This document shows positions 56,023-59,163 of a stretch of 59,163 nt of DNA, piece after piece. Source of the stretch: Myxococcales bacterium (lineage in GTDB: Bacteria > Myxococcota > Myxococcia > Myxococcales > 40CM-4-68-19); the NCBI GenBank assembly GCA_020201435.1, contig JAIVGS010000190.1, positions 1-59,163 of the forward strand. Reading direction: 5' to 3'. Under the pieces are notes generated by a model, which worked only from the letters and a program-made list of their open reading frames with translations, searched no databases and was not told where the DNA came from. How positions within the stretch are numbered: the stretch's first letter is position 1; each line of letters begins with the position of its first letter. The translations under genes and the position numbers were made by a program.

Positions 56023-58488
56023 ATGGCCCAGACGCAGCCCCCGCGCCGGGTTCGTGAGCCGCAGCTGCTCCGTTCCGTGCGCGAAGCGGCCCAGAAGGCG
56101 AGCAGCCTCGAGGATGCGCTTCGCGCCGCGCTGCAGCGCATTTGCGCCGCGACCGGATGGCAGGCGGGCCGCGTCGAGTTCGCGCACGAAGCCGGCGAGT
56201 TCGCCTCGCGCATCGTCTGGCACCTGGCGCGGCCGGATCGGCTGGACACGCTGCGGCATCTGGCGGAACGGCGGCGCCGCAGCCACGGCGACGAGATCGC
56301 CACCAAGGTCCTGCGCGACGGCGAGCCGCAGTGGCGGCCGAACCCCGAGGAGGGCGCCGCGGCGGTGTTCGCCTTCCCCGCGGTCGCCCACCACAAGACG
56401 CTCGCCGCGGTCGAGTTCTTTTCCACCGCCGAGGAGCCGCCGGACGACGCGCTGCTGGCCGGAATCGCCAACGCCTGTGCCGAGCTCGGGCGGATCATCG
56501 AGCAGAAACCTGCCGAGGAAATGTTGCGCAAGGTTGAACGCGGATATCGGGATTTGTTCGAGAGCGTCGCCGAGGCGCTGATCGTCATCGACCCGCGCAA
56601 CGGGGTGATCCTCGACGCCAACCCGCGCGCGGCCGAGTTGTTCGGCGTGCCGCGCGAGCGATTGTTGGGGACCAGCGCGCATGCGCTCTGGTCGGACGCG
56701 GGAGTCGCGCGGGCCGCGATCGCGCGCGGGCGCCGGTTCGAGTCGCTCTTGCGGCGGCCGGGCGGCATCGAGGTGGTGCTCGAGGTGAGCGCGAGCGGCG
56801 TGCACTACCACGGGGAGCAGGCGACGCTCCTGCTCGCGCGCGAGGTGACCCAGCGCGTCCGCGTGCTCGACGCGCTGCGGGCGTCGGAAGAGCGCTACCG
56901 GGTCCTGTTCGAAAACAATCCGCAGCCGATGTGGGTCGAAGATGCGGATACCGGCGGGTTCCTCGCCGTCAACGAGGCCGCCGTGCGTCATTACGGTTGG
57001 CCGCGCGAGAAGTTCCTCGCGATGCGGTCCGCCGATCTGCGGCTCGATCCGGGCGCGGCCGCCGAGCAGCGCAATGGGTCGCCGGCGGTCGAGCGGCATC
57101 GGACCGCGTCGGGCGAGGCGCACGATCTCGAGCTGTCGGTCCACGAGGTCGTCTTCGAAGGCCGCCGCGCGCTGCTCGTCGCCGCCACCGACGTCACTGC
57201 CCGGCGCAAGGCGCAGGCGAGGCTGCTGCAGGCGGCGTTCTACGATCCGCTCACCGGCCTGCCGAATCGCGCGCTCTTCAAGGATCGCCTCGAAGTCGCG
57301 TTCGCGCGCGCGAAGGGCCGCGAAGCGGCGCGGTTCGCGGTGCTGTTCCTCGATCTCGATCGCTTCAAGCTGGTCAACGATTCGCTCGGCCATCGCGCCG
57401 GCGACGAGCTCCTCGTCCAGATCGCGCGGCGGCTCGAGAGCTGCCGGCGCGCGGGCGACACCGTGGCGCGGCTCGGCGGCGACGAGTTCACGCTGCTCGT
57501 CGAGGGCGTCTCCGGCGAGGAGGAAGCGATCTCGGTCGCCGAGCGCGTCCACCGCGCGCTGGCCCCGCCGTTCGTCCTCGAGGGGCACGAGGTCTTCGCC
57601 GGCGCATCGATCGGAATCGCGCTCGGCGGCCCGACCACCGACCGGGTCGAAAATCTCATGCGCGACGCGGACACCGCGATGTACCGCGCCAAGATCCGCG
57701 CCACCCGCCACGCGGTCTTCGACAGCTCGATGCACGAGCGCGCGATGGCCGCGCTGCGCCTGGAGAACGAGCTGCGCCGCGCGCTCGAGCGCGGCGAGCT
57801 GCGGATTCACTACCAGCCGATCGTCGAGCTCTCGACCGGGCGGACCCAGGGCGTCGAGGCGCTGGTGCGCTGGGAGCACCGCGATCGCGGCCTGGTGCCG
57901 CCGAGCGAGTTCATTCCGCTGGCGGAGGAGACGGGGCTGGTGATCCCGCTCGGACGGTGGGTGCTCGACGAAGCCTGCCGGGCGCTTTCCGTCCTGCCGG
58001 ACCCGCTTACACTCTCGGTGAACCTGTCGGGCCGGCAGTTGCTTCAGCCGGACCTGCCCGAGCAGCTCACCGCGATGCTCGCGCGCGGCGGCCTGTCGCC
58101 GCGGCGGCTCAAGCTCGAGCTGACCGAGAGCATGCTGTTCGGGAACGGAGCGGCCGCGATCGACGCCCTGAACAGGCTGCGCGCGACCGGCGTGCGGCTC
58201 TGCATCGATGATTTCGGGACGGGGTACTCGTCGCTCTCGTACCTGCACGAGCTGCCGATCGATTCCTTGAAAATCGACCGCTCGTTCATCGGGGCGATGG
58301 GCGACGACGAGCGCAAGACCAAGATCGTGCAGACGATCCTGCTGCTCGGGAAGGGGCTCGGCATCGAGGTCGTCGCGGAGGGCGTGGAGACCGAGCAGCA
58401 GGCGGCGGCGCTGCGGCGGCTCGGGTGCGAGCGGGGGCAAGGGTATTACTTCGCTCGGCCGGCCCCGCTGGAGCAGTTGACGCTTTAG
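56023..58488 (+). CDS. GAF-like/PAS/PAS/GGDEF/EAL cyclic-di-GMP signalling protein
   Basis: In-frame 821 aa of ORF 55600..58488, with ATG 56023 preceded by GAGGGAAG. Two PAS modules ([16 protein letters not shown].., [16 protein letters not shown]..). Intact RLGGDEFT. Intact EAL motifs ([26 protein letters not shown]). Confidence 0.9.
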   Translation: MAQTQPPRRVREPQLLRSVREAAQKASSLEDALRAALQRICAATGWQAGRVEFAHEAGEFASRIVWHLARPDRLDTLRHLAERRRRSHGDEIATKVLRDGEPQWRPNPEEGAAAVFAFPAVAHHKTLAAVEFFSTAEEPPDDALLAGIANACAELGRIIEQKPAEEMLRKVERGYRDLFESVAEALIVIDPRNGVILDANPRAAELFGVPRERLLGTSAHALWSDAGVARAAIARGRRFESLLRRPGGIEVVLEVSASGVHYHGEQATLLLAREVTQRVRVLDALRASEERYRVLFENNPQPMWVEDADTGGFLAVNEAAVRHYGWPREKFLAMRSADLRLDPGAAAEQRNGSPAVERHRTASGEAHDLELSVHEVVFEGRRALLVAATDVTARRKAQARLLQAAFYDPLTGLPNRALFKDRLEVAFARAKGREAARFAVLFLDLDRFKLVNDSLGHRAGDELLVQIARRLESCRRAGDTVARLGGDEFTLLVEGVSGEEEAISVAERVHRALAPPFVLEGHEVFAGASIGIALGGPTTDRVENLMRDADTAMYRAKIRATRHAVFDSSMHERAMAALRLENELRRALERGELRIHYQPIVELSTGRTQGVEALVRWEHRDRGLVPPSEFIPLAEETGLVIPLGRWVLDEACRALSVLPDPLTLSVNLSGRQLLQPDLPEQLTAMLARGGLSPRRLKLELTESMLFGNGAAAIDALNRLRATGVRLCIDDFGTGYSSLSYLHELPIDSLKIDRSFIGAMGDDERKTKIVQTILLLGKGLGIEVVAEGVETEQQAAALRRLGCERGQGYYFARPAPLEQLTL

Positions 58489-58961
58489 CTGCCGTCCCCG
58501 TGCCCGTCCCCGTTTTCGAGCACGTCCCCGTCCCCGTTCTCGTTTTTGAGCACGTCCCCGTGGAGGTGCTCGTGCCCGCGCCCGTGACCTATTTTCGGAC
58601 TGGCGGGTTCAAAATCGTAGTGTCGAATCAGTCCTGTAAGCAGTCCGTACACTCTTCCGGCGGTGTCGCGCGCAACGCGTCCTCTCTCCGGATCGCACTC
58701 GCGAGCTGCTCCGGCGACATCGATCGCAGCAGCAGTTTCGCAGCATTCGCCGCGCGCGATCGCATACACCCGTTTACGGTCCGCGTTGCTGAAACGTCCA
58801 ACAGCTTCCGCGATGTTCAGGCAGATGCTCTTGCTCGCGCGAAGCAGTTGGTCACGCGTCCGTGGGTCTGTGACCTCCAAGTCGCGAACCTCTTGAAGCA
58901 ATTGAAGCGCGATCTGGTACGCGAGTAGCTTGTCGTGCGGCATGGGCTGATCGATTGACAT
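58485..58961 (-). CDS. four-helix-bundle protein (23S rRNA intervening-sequence protein family) with repeat-encoded His/Gly/Asp tail
   Basis: Start set at ATG 58961 ([22 protein letters not shown]). [44 protein letters not shown] matches the family core (..SI..NIAEG..R.S..D...F..IA.GS..E). The last ~35 aa ([34 protein letters not shown]) are encoded by the left inverted repeat. Confidence 0.8.
   Translation of the reverse strand: MSIDQPMPHDKLLAYQIALQLLQEVRDLEVTDPRTRDQLLRASKSICLNIAEAVGRFSNADRKRVYAIARGECCETAAAIDVAGAARECDPERGRVARDTAGRVYGLLTGLIRHYDFEPASPKIGHGRGHEHLHGDVLKNENGDGDVLENGDGHGDGS
58489..58589. repeat. left terminal inverted repeat of the cassette
   Basis: The repeat begins CTGCCGTCCCCGTGCCCGTCCCCGTTTTCGAGCACGTCCCCGT. 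Its first 43 nt match the reverse complement of 59037..59079 at 40 positions by hand alignment. It contains an internal direct sub-repeat, (T)TTTCGAGCACGTCCCCGT / TTTTTGAGCACGTCCCCGT. Confidence 0.8.
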
Positions 58962-58998
58962 GACCGGGCCCAAGCTTGCACAACGGGTGCCATCATCC

Positions 58999-59079
58999 GC
59001 GGGCACTCGCACGGGCACCTGCTCGAAAAAACGGGCACGGGGACGTGCTCGAAAACCGGGACGGGAACGGGCACGGCAG
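58999..59079. repeat. right terminal inverted repeat of the cassette
   Basis: The reverse complement reads CTGCCGTGCCCGTTCCCGTCCCGGTTTTCGAGCACGTCCCCGTGCCCGTTTTTTCGAGCAGGTGCCCGTGCGAGTGCCCGC. It is colinear with the left repeat, with a few gaps. Confidence 0.8.
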
Positions 59080-59163
59080 TTACTGCTCGCCGACGCCGCC
59101 GACGACCTGCTTCGCATACCCCGGCTGAATCTTCCCGCCCTCCTCGACCCCATTGATCAGCGC
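59080..59163 (-). CDS. 3' end of an unidentified gene entering from the right edge
   Basis: The minus-strand frame is open to the window edge and ends at TAA (59082..59080). Translation: ALINGVEEGGKIQPGYAKQVVGGVGEQ. GC3-rich codons. Too short to assign. Confidence 0.3.
   Translation of the reverse strand, partial: ALINGVEEGGKIQPGYAKQVVGGVGEQ

Larger units (their letters stand above)
58489..59079. mobile_element. 591-bp inverted-repeat-bounded cassette carrying a four-helix-bundle gene (MITE-like or IVS-like module)
   Basis: The boundaries are defined by imperfect terminal inverted repeats. They start immediately after the TAG of the EAL gene (58486..58488) and end immediately before the TAA (minus strand, 59080..59082) of the right-edge gene. 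Confidence 0.5.

Noticed and set aside
58485-59079. Four-helix-bundle (Avd-like) gene as part of a diversity-generating retroelement
   Set aside because: No reverse transcriptase gene and no template/variable repeat pair with adenine-specific differences are visible in the window. The flanking repeats are inverted, not direct TR/VR copies. A DGR beyond the right edge cannot be excluded.
58489-59079. Repetitive CCCGT / GAGCACGTCCCCGT units as a CRISPR array
   Set aside because: There are only two sub-repeat copies per arm, the arms are inverted relative to each other, and no regularly spaced unique spacers exist. This is not CRISPR architecture.

Overview
This is a very GC-rich chromosomal segment. 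Hand counts of ordinary 60-nt rows give about 70% G+C, and third codon positions are almost always G/C. It holds roughly 50 protein-coding genes. I found no rRNA, tRNA or CRISPR array. The gene content is compatible with a Myxococcota-like high-GC Gram-negative soil bacterium: Ku/LigD, PilT paralogues, a eukaryotic-type Ser/Thr kinase and a pseudokinase, alternative complex III plus a caa3 oxidase, and a 23S-IVS-type four-helix-bundle gene. Taxonomy cannot be proven from the window alone.

Gene order, left to right:
- truncated hydrolase, ligD, and a divergent ku
- Ig-repeat lipoprotein
- MerR-TPR regulator and DUF72
- gcdH
- Liv-type ABC importer operon (minus strand)
- MaoC dehydratase
- frameshifted lipoprotein
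- kinase-like TPR membrane protein
- transaldolase with a C-terminal EF-hand pair
- PPC-domain lipoprotein
- Spy/CpxP-like protein
- long acyl-CoA dehydrogenase
- six-gene minus-strand operon: HEAT-PilT fusion, PilT, TPR-Ser/Thr kinase, PAP2 phosphatase, phosphoglucomutase, SixA-like phosphatase
- SGNH hydrolase
- five-gene minus-strand operon: PoxB-like TPP enzyme, enolase-superfamily enzyme, FAD/Fe-S 2-hydroxyacid oxidase, aldo-keto reductase, DUF962
- contiguous actABCDEF, small protein, sco, ctaCDE, subunit IV respiratory block
- lower-GC two-gene cassette (secreted PIG-L deacetylase with a Cys-rich tail, and a Zn-ribbon methyltransferase)
- DUF4105/DUF3015 pair
- DUF2795
- GAF-PAS-GGDEF-EAL protein
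- four-helix-bundle gene cassette
- truncated gene end

At least 16 gene junctions are 4-nt ATGA/GTGA stop-start overlaps.

Most interesting observations:
1. A 591-bp cassette carries a four-helix-bundle gene bracketed by ~90-nt terminal inverted repeats. It sits exactly between two convergent stop codons.
2. A ~100-nt palindromic element built from GCGAAGG units is present twice. One copy sits in frame in the 5' end of actE.
3. The PilT-pair/kinase/phosphatase/pgm operon has no pilus structural genes in the window.
4. A decayed 3' relic of a second DUF4105 gene and a 39-nt near-perfect hairpin flank the low-GC cassette.
5. Transaldolase is fused to an EF-hand pair.

The very long ORFs in the track are high-GC artefacts that span several real genes or run antisense, for example 24293..30274, 31362..35618, 32720..36424 and 26566..30351.
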